NCBI GenBank assembly: GCA_963727625.1
Contig: CAVSHR010000005.1
Location: forward strand, 352,001 to 416,000
Length of the DNA: 64,000 nt
Source: an uncultured delta proteobacterium
Lineage (GTDB): Bacteria; Desulfobacterota; Binatia; UBA9968
Direction: 5' to 3'
Shown here: in pieces, positions 48,861-57,942 of the stretch
Layout: each line of letters opens with the position of its first letter
Position numbering within the stretch: position 1 is the stretch's first letter
Notes under the pieces: model-generated
Databases searched by the model: none
What the model saw: only the letters and a program-made list of their open reading frames with translations
What the model was told of the DNA's origin: nothing
Position numbers and translations under genes: made by a program

Positions 48861-50606
48861 ATGAACAAACATTTTGATCCACTCACCGTCGCGCTTACCG
48901 GCCAACTGTCCGCCGTATTGATCGTCGCGGCGGTCCTCGCCCTGGTATTGTCGCTCTTTCTGCTATGGCGTTACCGGCGCGCGGTGATCAAGTCGATGCG
49001 GCGGCGCGGCCGCGCCGATCTGCTGGAGCAAAAAGGCTTTGTCCCGCCGGACGAGCCGCATAAGCCGCCGGACGAGGCATTGGTTTTCACTTTTGCCGGC
49101 TCTGAGGGACGCGACGGCTCGGCGGCGAAAAAAAATCTGCTCTACCGCCAAGCGCGGCTGCGGCCCTGGCTCGCTGCTCTTGTCTATACTGCCGCCGGCG
49201 TTTGCTTCGCGGCGACCATGGGCGCCGTGTTTTTGCTGTCGGCCAAGATGACAATCTTGCCGCTGCGCTTCTCCTATTTGACTTGGGGCTATGCTTGGCC
49301 GCTGGTGCTCACCGCCAACTTGGTCGCTGTCACCAGCCGCCGCGGCCGGATGATCGTCCTCGCCGTTTATCTGCTTTGCGGTATCGCCTTGAGCACTCTG
49401 ATGCTCGGCCGCAGCCCGGACCTCACCGTCGTGCAGCTTGGCTATCTATGGCTCAACGCCAACGCGATTCCGTCCGTCCTGTTGCTGTTCTTTTTGAACC
49501 GGCGCATCCGCGCGGTCGGTCCGCTCGTGCTGTTGTTCATGATTTTCGGCGCTGCCGGAGCGACGCTCTTGACCTCGGTGGCGGGCAGCAGTCCCAAGCT
49601 GCTCCGCGCCATCAGCGACTTCGCCCACTCCCTCGGATTGGGCGCGACCGGCACGCTCTGGGGTTTACACGTCCTCGGCTTCGCTGTCTTCGCCGTCGCC
49701 GGCTGGATCGTCGTCGATTCGTTGCGCCAGATGTATGAGCAAAAAATAATCAGCGATCAATCGGTCACGATCGACGCCGTCTGGCTTCTGTTCGGCCTCG
49801 TCAACTCCATGGAGCTGGTCTTTGAAGGCCCGCGCTGGATACTGAGCGGTCTGGTCGCCTTTGTAATTTTTAAGATCGTCGCCGCGTTGGGCTTCCGGTT
49901 GCTGCGCCTGGGAAAAACCATCGCGGGAAAGCGCCTGTTGTTGCTGCGAGTCTTCGCTCTCGGCCGGCGCAGCGAAACTGTCTATAACGCCTTGGCAAAA
50001 AGCTGGCGCCGCGTCGGCAGCATGCAGATGATCGCCGGTCCGGATCTCGTGACGACGACCGTCGAGCCCCATGAATTTTTGGATTTTATCGCCGGCAAGC
50101 TGGCGCGCCGCTTCATCGACTCCGGCCAGACCCTCGACTTGAGGATCTCGCAGATGGATCTCGAAGCCGACGGCGACGGGCGTTTTCGCGTCACCGAGTT
50201 CTTCTGTCATGACGACACCTGGAAGATCACGCTTTCCCGCCTGGCCAATGAAAGCGACGCCGTGCTCATGGATTTGCGCGGCTTTTCCCAAGCCAACGTC
50301 GGCTGCGTCTTCGAGATCCACGAGCTATTCAATATCGTACCGCTCGAGCGCATCGTGTTTGTCATCGACGACAGCACCGACCAGGATTTCGCGCGCCAGA
50401 CCATGGAGCAGGCCTGGCACCAAACCAAAGACCGCTCACCCAACCGCCGTTCCGGCGCCGGCCGAGTTATGCTGGCGCAATTGAACGGTAAGAACGCTTT
50501 CGCTGATTTACTCTATTCCCTTTGCGCCGCGGCGAGCGGGCTCGTAACGCGTGAGACGGCCAAACCAGAGTTAGCAAATTCCGAACCGCAGGAGTTTTCC
50601 TGGTGA
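48861..50606 (+). CDS. Polytopic membrane protein with C-terminal alpha/beta cytoplasmic domain
   Basis: About 9-10 TM segments followed by LLLLRVF...DAVLMDLRGF...GCVFEI. Confidence 0.8.
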   Translation: MNKHFDPLTVALTGQLSAVLIVAAVLALVLSLFLLWRYRRAVIKSMRRRGRADLLEQKGFVPPDEPHKPPDEALVFTFAGSEGRDGSAAKKNLLYRQARLRPWLAALVYTAAGVCFAATMGAVFLLSAKMTILPLRFSYLTWGYAWPLVLTANLVAVTSRRGRMIVLAVYLLCGIALSTLMLGRSPDLTVVQLGYLWLNANAIPSVLLLFFLNRRIRAVGPLVLLFMIFGAAGATLLTSVAGSSPKLLRAISDFAHSLGLGATGTLWGLHVLGFAVFAVAGWIVVDSLRQMYEQKIISDQSVTIDAVWLLFGLVNSMELVFEGPRWILSGLVAFVIFKIVAALGFRLLRLGKTIAGKRLLLLRVFALGRRSETVYNALAKSWRRVGSMQMIAGPDLVTTTVEPHEFLDFIAGKLARRFIDSGQTLDLRISQMDLEADGDGRFRVTEFFCHDDTWKITLSRLANESDAVLMDLRGFSQANVGCVFEIHELFNIVPLERIVFVIDDSTDQDFARQTMEQAWHQTKDRSPNRRSGAGRVMLAQLNGKNAFADLLYSLCAAASGLVTRETAKPELANSEPQEFSW

Positions 50607-50692
50607 ATTTATCCGATTCGCAAACGAATCGTGATCGTCCGTCGTGCGCGTTGGAACACGCATCACGTACACGAGCCGCGTCGGTCGCCGGT

Positions 50693-51643
50693 TCAATGCC
50701 GGTTATGCCCGAACGTCTTGGCATAATCCCGCTGCAGCTCTTTCGGAATAAATTCATCTTCCAGCTGGTGAATTTTCTTAGCGGGGAGAATCGGATCTTG
50801 CGTGCGCGGCACCATGCCGCACGGGCTCGCCTGCGCTTTCTTGTTCCACTCTTCGAGCACGATCGGGCCGCGCTCTTTGAACTCGTGCAATAGCTCCCAG
50901 GTCGATTGCAGACCGTTCGCCGTGGTCAGGCTTGGATAGAGCACCGCCGCGGCGCCGAGGTTTTGGAACTCCTCGAAGGTCGGCGACGGCCGCGGCCCGT
51001 AGTAAGGCGCGATCACCGGCGCCGGAATGCGCCGGCAAGCCTCTTCGATCTCCTCCCGTTTGGTCAGCGTGTTGACCCAGATCGCATCCACCCCCGCCTC
51101 CTCGACGTAGGCGATGGAGCGCTCGATGGCGTTTTTGAAGCTGCCGCCCTCCGAGCCGATGGAATCGCAGCGCGCGCACACGACGAAATCGGCGTCGAGC
51201 TCTTGCTTCGCCGCCATGGCGGCTCGGTATTTGCCTACTGCTTCTTCGCGCGAAATCAGCCGCCGGCCGGCCAGCGTGCCGGATTTCTTCGGCGCCTCTT
51301 GATCCTCGATGTGCAAACCGGCAGCACCGGCGCGGATATAAGCCTGCACCGTGTGATAAACGTTCACCGCGTTGCCGTAGCCGGTATCAGCGTCGGCAAA
51401 CACCGGGATCGCGCTTACGTTGGTAATGCGTCGCACCGCGTCGGCCATCTCGCTCAGGCCGAGCAGGCCGACGTCGGGGTAGCCGTAGACGTAGGCGCAC
51501 ACCTGCGAGCCCGACATGAAAAACGCTTCGTAGCCGAGCACCTCGGACATGCGCGTATGGAGCGGGCTAAAGCCGCCGGACATAATCAGCAGCTCGGGCC
51601 GTTTAAGTAACTCACGGAATCTCGTTGTCTTTTTGTTTTCCAT
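50693..51643 (-). CDS. Isocitrate lyase / PEP mutase superfamily protein
   Basis: MSGS, PDVGLL, ADADTGYG, HIEDQ and ARCD motifs. The active-site loop is KKSGT. Confidence 0.9.
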   Translation of the reverse strand: MENKKTTRFRELLKRPELLIMSGGFSPLHTRMSEVLGYEAFFMSGSQVCAYVYGYPDVGLLGLSEMADAVRRITNVSAIPVFADADTGYGNAVNVYHTVQAYIRAGAAGLHIEDQEAPKKSGTLAGRRLISREEAVGKYRAAMAAKQELDADFVVCARCDSIGSEGGSFKNAIERSIAYVEEAGVDAIWVNTLTKREEIEEACRRIPAPVIAPYYGPRPSPTFEEFQNLGAAAVLYPSLTTANGLQSTWELLHEFKERGPIVLEEWNKKAQASPCGMVPRTQDPILPAKKIHQLEDEFIPKELQRDYAKTFGHNRH

Positions 51644-52258
51644 AGAAAAAATTCCATATCACAACGGTTCGCTCCTGGAAATGCGCCGGGTGCTATTGCG
51701 GCTTGCGTCGACACGGCCGAGGCAAAGCTCTGGCTGGATTGGCCAATGTCGGCATGCAGATCGCCGGTCCGTCGGATAACTTTTTGACGAGACCGGATGC
51801 GTCATAAACAAACTTGAAGGTGAATCCACCGAGCTGGCTGGCCCCGGCGCGGATCCTCGTCCAAAGTCTGAAAAAATTTCATCTTCGAAATGTCCGGCAA
51901 CTTCCCTCCCAAGACTAACCTTTCAAAGTTGTAATGATAGGGAAAGGTTCCGGAAGTACACCGACGTTGCTTCGCGCACAAAATCCGTTACGGTACTTTA
52001 AGCGCGGAATCGGAAACGAAGGAGTGAGGACGATCGCGTTGTCACGAAAGAGGGCGTTGGCATATTGCAATGCAAAATAAACCGTGCGAGTGAATAGACT
52101 TATACAAAAATGTTTAAATTCCAGCCCAGTTTCGGCCATTCAGCCCATAAAGAGAGTCCGGCAGCCAGTTCCGGGAAACAAGTCATGCGGCATATCACTC
52201 GATCTGCTTTCCCGTCGAAGCAAAACCTTGGCGAGTCCACTGCTTGTGGAATATTGCG

Positions 52259-52588
52259 ATGTCGCGTTTAACCAACCATCATCGTAGTTCCGCCTTTTCT
52301 CGATTCATAGCGATGTCCATCTTAACTATTTGGCTAGTATTGATCGGCCTCGGGTACGGCGCTAACGGCGGCCTTGACAATTTCACGGCCGCGGCAACCT
52401 TCTCGACAGCAGACCAGAATTGCGCCGACCCTCAAATGAGCGACCTATCGGTCGACCTCAAAAGCTTGCCCACGGTTTTTCATTTGATTTTAGCGGATTC
52501 GCCGTTCGACCGAGGTTTAAAAAACTTCCCAAAGGTGCCGACCGAGAATATTTCACCGCTGAGGATAAAGTGTTCCCTTCTCCTTTGA
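52259..52588 (+). CDS. Small putative exported/leader protein upstream of the glycosylation cluster
   Basis: Signal-like hydrophobic N-terminus, co-oriented, ends 127 nt before the aminotransferase. No recognised family. Confidence 0.35.
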   Translation: MSRLTNHHRSSAFSRFIAMSILTIWLVLIGLGYGANGGLDNFTAAATFSTADQNCADPQMSDLSVDLKSLPTVFHLILADSPFDRGLKNFPKVPTENISPLRIKCSLLL

Positions 52589-52715
52589 TCCGTTCCACAG
52601 TTACCGGGTTTGCGCGGTTGGCATGGACCCGATGTGCGGAATTTACACCGAGCGGCATTCCTGCGACGGGTTTTAAAAAACCATTTCATGGTGAAGATCA
52701 GAACGGAGAATTCAA

Positions 52716-53942
52716 ATGACATCCAATGCTTCCTTATCGCTCAAGCCCAAGCAAAACGACGGCTTGGGTGCTTCCGATAAGCTTCCCCAGAGCAAGAATG
52801 GCAAAAAGACCCCTAACCAGAATTCGCTCAGGAGAGTCCCGCTACTTGATTTAAAGCGAAAGTATCATGCCATTGAAGCGCAACTGCGCCGGCTATGGGA
52901 TGGCGCTTTCGAATCCATGAGACTTTTGAACGGCGCTAACTTGAGCGCATTTGAAGTGGAATTTGCCGATTACTGCGGTGTCCGGCACGCCATTGGAGTC
53001 GCCTCCGGCACCGATGCGATTTTTTTGTCTCTGCGCGCCCTCGACATTAAACCGGGCGACGAAGTCATCCTGACCGCGCATGCGCCCGCCCCGGTGATCG
53101 AGCCCATCATTTATCTTGGCGCGGTTCCGGTTTTGACGGATAAGGCTGCGGCTGATTACGGTCCGGATCTAGCGAGTTTGAAAGCCGCCATCACTGCGAA
53201 GACCAAAGCGATCGTTGCCGTCCATATGTTGGGTTTGCCTTGCGATATGGCGCCCATTTCTCAGCTAGCAAATCACTATAATATTCCCCTCGTGGAGGAT
53301 TCTTCCCAAGCCCAGGGAGCGACCTATCGCGGCAAGCGCGCCGCGGGATTGGGAACGATAACCCCGATGAGCTTGGGCGCCGTCAAGAACCTCGCTTGTT
53401 ACGGCGACGGCGGTGTCGTGCTGACCAATGACGATGGCCTGGCCCAAACCGTGCGCCTGCTCCGCGTACACGGCCAAGCGGAAAAATACAACCATAAGCT
53501 TTATGGCTGGAACAGCCGCCTGGATGAAGTCCAAGCGGCGGTGCTGCGGGTGAAACTCCCGACCCTGGACCAAGACAATGCCAGACGGCGCGACATGGCG
53601 GCGGAGTACTCACGCGAGTTCCGCAAACTTCCAGTATCGACACCGCCGAGCTTCGCGGACCGCGAGAGCGTCTATCATCAGTATGTCATCGAGACGCCTC
53701 ATCGAAACGAGTTGAAGCAATTCCTTGAGGCGCGCGGTATCGGGACCGGGATCTATTATCCCTTGCCGCTGCACCAACACGAAGCGTGGCTTGCGCGCGG
53801 CTTGCCCCGCTATTCTTTGCCGGAATCGGAACGCTATGCGGCGCAAAACGTCGCCCTGCCGATGTTCGCCGAATTGACCGAGGACGAGGTCGACTACGTG
53901 ATTGCCGGTGTGAGAGATTTTTTTTCAGCACGCGATAAATAA
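52716..53942 (+). CDS. DegT/DnrJ/EryC1/StrS sugar aminotransferase
   Basis: VPLLDL, SGTDA, EDSSQAQG, PLP lysine in AVKNL, GDGG and NSRLDE motifs. Confidence 0.93.
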   Translation: MTSNASLSLKPKQNDGLGASDKLPQSKNGKKTPNQNSLRRVPLLDLKRKYHAIEAQLRRLWDGAFESMRLLNGANLSAFEVEFADYCGVRHAIGVASGTDAIFLSLRALDIKPGDEVILTAHAPAPVIEPIIYLGAVPVLTDKAAADYGPDLASLKAAITAKTKAIVAVHMLGLPCDMAPISQLANHYNIPLVEDSSQAQGATYRGKRAAGLGTITPMSLGAVKNLACYGDGGVVLTNDDGLAQTVRLLRVHGQAEKYNHKLYGWNSRLDEVQAAVLRVKLPTLDQDNARRRDMAAEYSREFRKLPVSTPPSFADRESVYHQYVIETPHRNELKQFLEARGIGTGIYYPLPLHQHEAWLARGLPRYSLPESERYAAQNVALPMFAELTEDEVDYVIAGVRDFFSARDK

Positions 53943-53946
53943 TTCT

Positions 53947-54837
53947 GTGTCCTGCATCAAAATTTCGGTGATCGCGCCCATGCATAACGAGGAGGGAAAT
54001 GTTCTGCCGCTCTACCAGGATATCAGCAATGCCATGGCGCGGCTGGCTCAGCCCTACGAGATTATTTTCGTCAACGACGTAAGCGCCGACCGCACGCTCG
54101 ATCGGATGCGGGAAGTTCAACGGAGCGATCCGCACTTTCATTTCGTCGACCTGGAAACCAACGTCGGTGAGAATTGGGCCCTGCTGGCGGGAATAATCCA
54201 CGCCCGAGGCGAAGTTCTAGTGACGATTGACGGCGATTATCAAAACGATCCCGCATATATTCCAGCTTTGTTGGAGGAGCTGTCAAAAGGCTATCGCGTC
54301 GTGTCCGGCCGGCGCCGTCAACGCATCGGCAAACTTTGGAGCCGTCTGCTGCCGTCACAGATCGCCAACGGTTTGATTCGACTCGTCAGCGGCGTGGCGG
54401 TCCACGACTGCGGCTGCGGCCTCAAAGCCTATCGGCGAGAGGTGTTGGAAGGCAAATTTGTACCCAAGGGATTCATGAATCGATTCGCGCCCGCAGCTCT
54501 CGGGGTTCGCGCCGAGGAGTTTGCCGAAGTCGAGGTCGTCGACCGGCCGAGGATCTCGGGAGAATCCCACTACGGGCTCAATCGTGTATTTTTGGTCTTG
54601 AGAGATCTTCTGGCGCTTCCATTCGCAGTGCGCGGTCCGCGGCGTTGGCGCGGGCGATTTCGTTGTCTGCAATGGCTTTGCCTGGCGGCGACTTTGTTTC
54701 TCTTCATCGGGGGCCACGAGAATTTGGCCATCGTCGCGTTCCTCCTTGCGCTCATGGCGTTCTCCAACGTGTGGAACCTTGGCCGTTTCATCACGGCACA
54801 GGCCAGGCCGGAATTTCGCGTCAAAGACTACCGGTGA
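53947..54837 (+). CDS. GT2 polyprenyl-phosphate glycosyltransferase (ArnC-like)
   Basis: APMHNEE, VNDVS-x-D, IDGDYQNDP and DCGCGLKAYRR motifs; C-terminal TM segments. Confidence 0.88.
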   Translation: MSCIKISVIAPMHNEEGNVLPLYQDISNAMARLAQPYEIIFVNDVSADRTLDRMREVQRSDPHFHFVDLETNVGENWALLAGIIHARGEVLVTIDGDYQNDPAYIPALLEELSKGYRVVSGRRRQRIGKLWSRLLPSQIANGLIRLVSGVAVHDCGCGLKAYRREVLEGKFVPKGFMNRFAPAALGVRAEEFAEVEVVDRPRISGESHYGLNRVFLVLRDLLALPFAVRGPRRWRGRFRCLQWLCLAATLFLFIGGHENLAIVAFLLALMAFSNVWNLGRFITAQARPEFRVKDYR

Positions 54838-54841
54838 GCTC

Positions 54842-55870
54842 ATGAAAAACAAGGTAACCGTCGCACTCGTCGGCGCGGGCTATTGGGGAAAAAAACTTCT
54901 GCCGAAATTTCTTGGCAGCCCTGACAGTTGTGTAAAAGTCGTTTGCGACCTCCGTCCGGACAATCGCGAGGCGATCGACAAACACTTTCCGGAGATCCCG
55001 ACCACAGATTCCTATGAGGCGATCGTTGCAGATCCGGGAATCGATGCCGTGGTTCTAGCAACGCCACCGGCGACGCATTTTTCCTTAGCGCGCAAAGCCC
55101 TTCAAGCCGGCAAGCATGTCTGGATTGAAAAGCCCCTAGCTCTTTGCGTTGGCGAGGGGCGCGAGCTCGTCGCACTCAGTCGAGACAGGAAAACGGTTCT
55201 GTTCGTCGATCATACCTTTCTCTACGATCCGGCGATTCGGAAGATCCGCGAGCTAATCGTTCAGGGCGACCTGGGCGAGGTTCACCATATCTATTCGCAA
55301 CGGCTTAATTTGGGGCGGATCAAGCGGGACTCCAACGTCTGGTGGAACTCCGCCCCCCACGATGTCTCCATCGTTCTGTATCTTCTCGCGAGCGCACCGA
55401 AAAGCATTACGCTGCACGGCTATCGTTATCTCCAGCCAGCTTTAGAGGATCTCAACATGGCCGTCCTGGAGATGACCGACGGCGCGTCCGCCTTCGTCTA
55501 TCACAACTGGTTATTTCCCGAGAACACCGCGAAGCTGGCGGTGATCGGCAGCAAGAAAATGCTGGTTTACGAAGGAAAATTCGAAAAGCGGGCGGTCACT
55601 CTGTATCCGTACGTGGTCGATCATCAATGCGCCGCACCCGGCGGATTGGCCGAACTGCCGACGACGATTCCGTCTAAAATCATTTCCGAGACGACTTTGA
55701 CGGGCCTAACCGATCAGGAACCGCTGATGCTCGCCGTCAGCGATTTCTTGACCAGCGTGAGGCAAGGACATGCACCGTTATCCGACGGAGAGTTCTCGCT
55801 GCGAGTTTTGAACGTGCTCGAAGCCGGCGAACAATCACTGCGCTCAGCGGGGGCCAAAATTGCAATTTAA
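54842..55870 (+). CDS. Gfo/Idh/MocA NAD-dependent sugar oxidoreductase
   Basis: VGAGYWG, ATPPATH, GKHVWIEKP and PHD motifs. Confidence 0.9.
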   Translation: MKNKVTVALVGAGYWGKKLLPKFLGSPDSCVKVVCDLRPDNREAIDKHFPEIPTTDSYEAIVADPGIDAVVLATPPATHFSLARKALQAGKHVWIEKPLALCVGEGRELVALSRDRKTVLFVDHTFLYDPAIRKIRELIVQGDLGEVHHIYSQRLNLGRIKRDSNVWWNSAPHDVSIVLYLLASAPKSITLHGYRYLQPALEDLNMAVLEMTDGASAFVYHNWLFPENTAKLAVIGSKKMLVYEGKFEKRAVTLYPYVVDHQCAAPGGLAELPTTIPSKIISETTLTGLTDQEPLMLAVSDFLTSVRQGHAPLSDGEFSLRVLNVLEAGEQSLRSAGAKIAI

Positions 55871-56013
55871 ATTACCCAGGCTGTTGTGCATTTGGATCAT
55901 TCCTCTGCTCACAAAATTCTTACGGCGACTGCCATCATTCTTTGCCGCAAAAGTATCGAACCGGCTTGCTTGCCATTAACGGTGGCTCGGCGATTCGCTT
56001 GATTCTCGATCCA

Positions 56014-57762
56014 ATGGCGGAAACCCTCATTCCAACCCGCGACCCCGTGGCGGGCCGAACGCTCTCCGGCTTAGCCCGCTATGTCGCGATCGGCGCGCTC
56101 ATGCTTGTTTGCGCCGTGGCGCTCTTTGACCATTTGGGCGCGCCCGCCTTATTCGAACCGGACGAGGGCCGAAACGCCGAAAAGGCCAGAGAAATTTTAC
56201 TGCTGCATGACTGGATCACGCCCCATGAGAACTTTCTGGCGGTTCTGGATAAGCCTATCGCCTATTACTGGCTGGTCGCGGCCTCCTTTGAAGCATTCGG
56301 GGTTTCGGAATGGTCCGCTCGGCTTCCCTCGGCCCTCGCGGCAGCGGGTTGCGTTTATTTAGTATTTCTATTGGCCGGGCGATTCTTCGGCTTCTGGCCG
56401 GGAATTTGGGCCGGACTGGTGCTCGCTACCAGCCTCGAATTTTATCTGCTCTCTCGCATCGTGATTTTCGACATGACCTTGACTTTCTTTGTCACGCTTG
56501 CACTGTATTGCTTTTTCGAAGCGTTGGAGGAACAAGCGCGTTGGCGCCGCAGAACGACCCTTTGTTTCATGTACTCCGCTTCGGCCGCCGCTACGCTGGT
56601 AAAAGGACCTATTGGTGTCATACTTCCCGGCATGGTGATCCTTTCCTACTTGATCTTCTCCCGGAAGTTATCCGCCTTGCGCGTTCTTGAACTGCCTTTG
56701 GGGATTGCGCTTTTTTTGGCTATCGTTGCCCCCTGGTACCATCTCGTGGAAACGCGCAACCCTGGATACCTGGACTATTTCTTCTGGGAAGAAAACATAA
56801 CGCGTTATCTAACGCCGCATTTCAATCGCGCCGGGGCCTGGTATTACTTTTTGCTGGTTGCGGCGCTGGGATTTTTTCCCTGGACGCTGTGCATCCCTGC
56901 CGTTTTCATGCAGGCTTGGCGCCGGCGCCACGACAACGCCATCCTTTTCTTAAGCCTGTGGGCGATTTTGCCGCTGATTTTCTTCTCTTTTTCCAGCACA
57001 AAGTTGCCGCATTACATATTGCCGGTCTTCCCGCCCCTCGCGTTACTGACGGGCCTGGCTATAGATCAGGAACTCGGCGCGCCAGCGCCGAAACTGACCC
57101 AACTGCTGGGGCTTTCCGGCCTCGTCCTGTGCCTGTTCATGATCGCTTTCACCGTTGCCCTGTGGTCCTGGCCATGGTTTCCGGCCGCGGCGCGCGTTGC
57201 CATACGGCGCCTGCCGCCGCGCCTTGCTCTCTGGAGCATGGTTGCGGGCTCCGTCTTTGGCGGCCTTGCGTTCTCGACGATGACTGGCCAACGGCAAAGC
57301 CATAAGCGGTTGTTCCTCGGATTTGCTTTGGGTCTTATCGTTTACGTGAGTCTTGTAACCGAGGTTATAGCGATTAGTTCGACCCATCGTTCCTCGCGCC
57401 AGCTGGTGAAACAGGCCTCGACCGTCATTGATCCATCCGCGCAGCTGGTCATCTACGATACATCTTTAGAGAGTCTACCTTTTTATTTCAGCACAACTCG
57501 GCCGATATGGATCGTCTGGTCGGGCGCAAAACATAGCGTCATGGGCAGCTTTTACTTGGCCGAGCAGGGCCCAAGGCCGGCGCCGGGATACGGCAAAATT
57601 TTGCTGACTTTCGAGGAATTCGACAAAGAATGGGCGAAATCTCCGAAGGGCCATTTTGCGGTGATTCTCAAGAAAAAGAACCTCCCGCGCTTAGAAGAGA
57701 GCGTGTCCGGCGACGTGAAAGTCCTGTTGGAACATGGCGAACTCCTGGTCGTTACAAACTGA
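56014..57762 (+). CDS. ArnT-like (GT83) lipid-linked glycosyltransferase 1
   Basis: PDEGRNAE, DKP, RLPSA, FDM, KGPIG and KLPHYILP motifs; many TM segments. Confidence 0.9.
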   Translation: MAETLIPTRDPVAGRTLSGLARYVAIGALMLVCAVALFDHLGAPALFEPDEGRNAEKAREILLLHDWITPHENFLAVLDKPIAYYWLVAASFEAFGVSEWSARLPSALAAAGCVYLVFLLAGRFFGFWPGIWAGLVLATSLEFYLLSRIVIFDMTLTFFVTLALYCFFEALEEQARWRRRTTLCFMYSASAAATLVKGPIGVILPGMVILSYLIFSRKLSALRVLELPLGIALFLAIVAPWYHLVETRNPGYLDYFFWEENITRYLTPHFNRAGAWYYFLLVAALGFFPWTLCIPAVFMQAWRRRHDNAILFLSLWAILPLIFFSFSSTKLPHYILPVFPPLALLTGLAIDQELGAPAPKLTQLLGLSGLVLCLFMIAFTVALWSWPWFPAAARVAIRRLPPRLALWSMVAGSVFGGLAFSTMTGQRQSHKRLFLGFALGLIVYVSLVTEVIAISSTHRSSRQLVKQASTVIDPSAQLVIYDTSLESLPFYFSTTRPIWIVWSGAKHSVMGSFYLAEQGPRPAPGYGKILLTFEEFDKEWAKSPKGHFAVILKKKNLPRLEESVSGDVKVLLEHGELLVVTN

Positions 57763-57942
57763 CGTTCCCTAAACGAGTCGTCATGACAAAATTGAATTAC
57801 AAGCCGGTACGCTGCGACACTCTGCCGCACCGGCAGCCCGATTGTGCCTGTATATTTTTGCGACAGCGGTCAACCTCGAACCCTAGGAAACGTTTCGCCA
57901 GCAAGACCGGAACCGCTTCGCAACCACCAAATTAAAAACCTC

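Noticed and set aside
52059-52075. Sigma54 promoter TGGCATATTGCAATGCA
   Set aside because: GG to GC spacing is 11 nt rather than the required 10.
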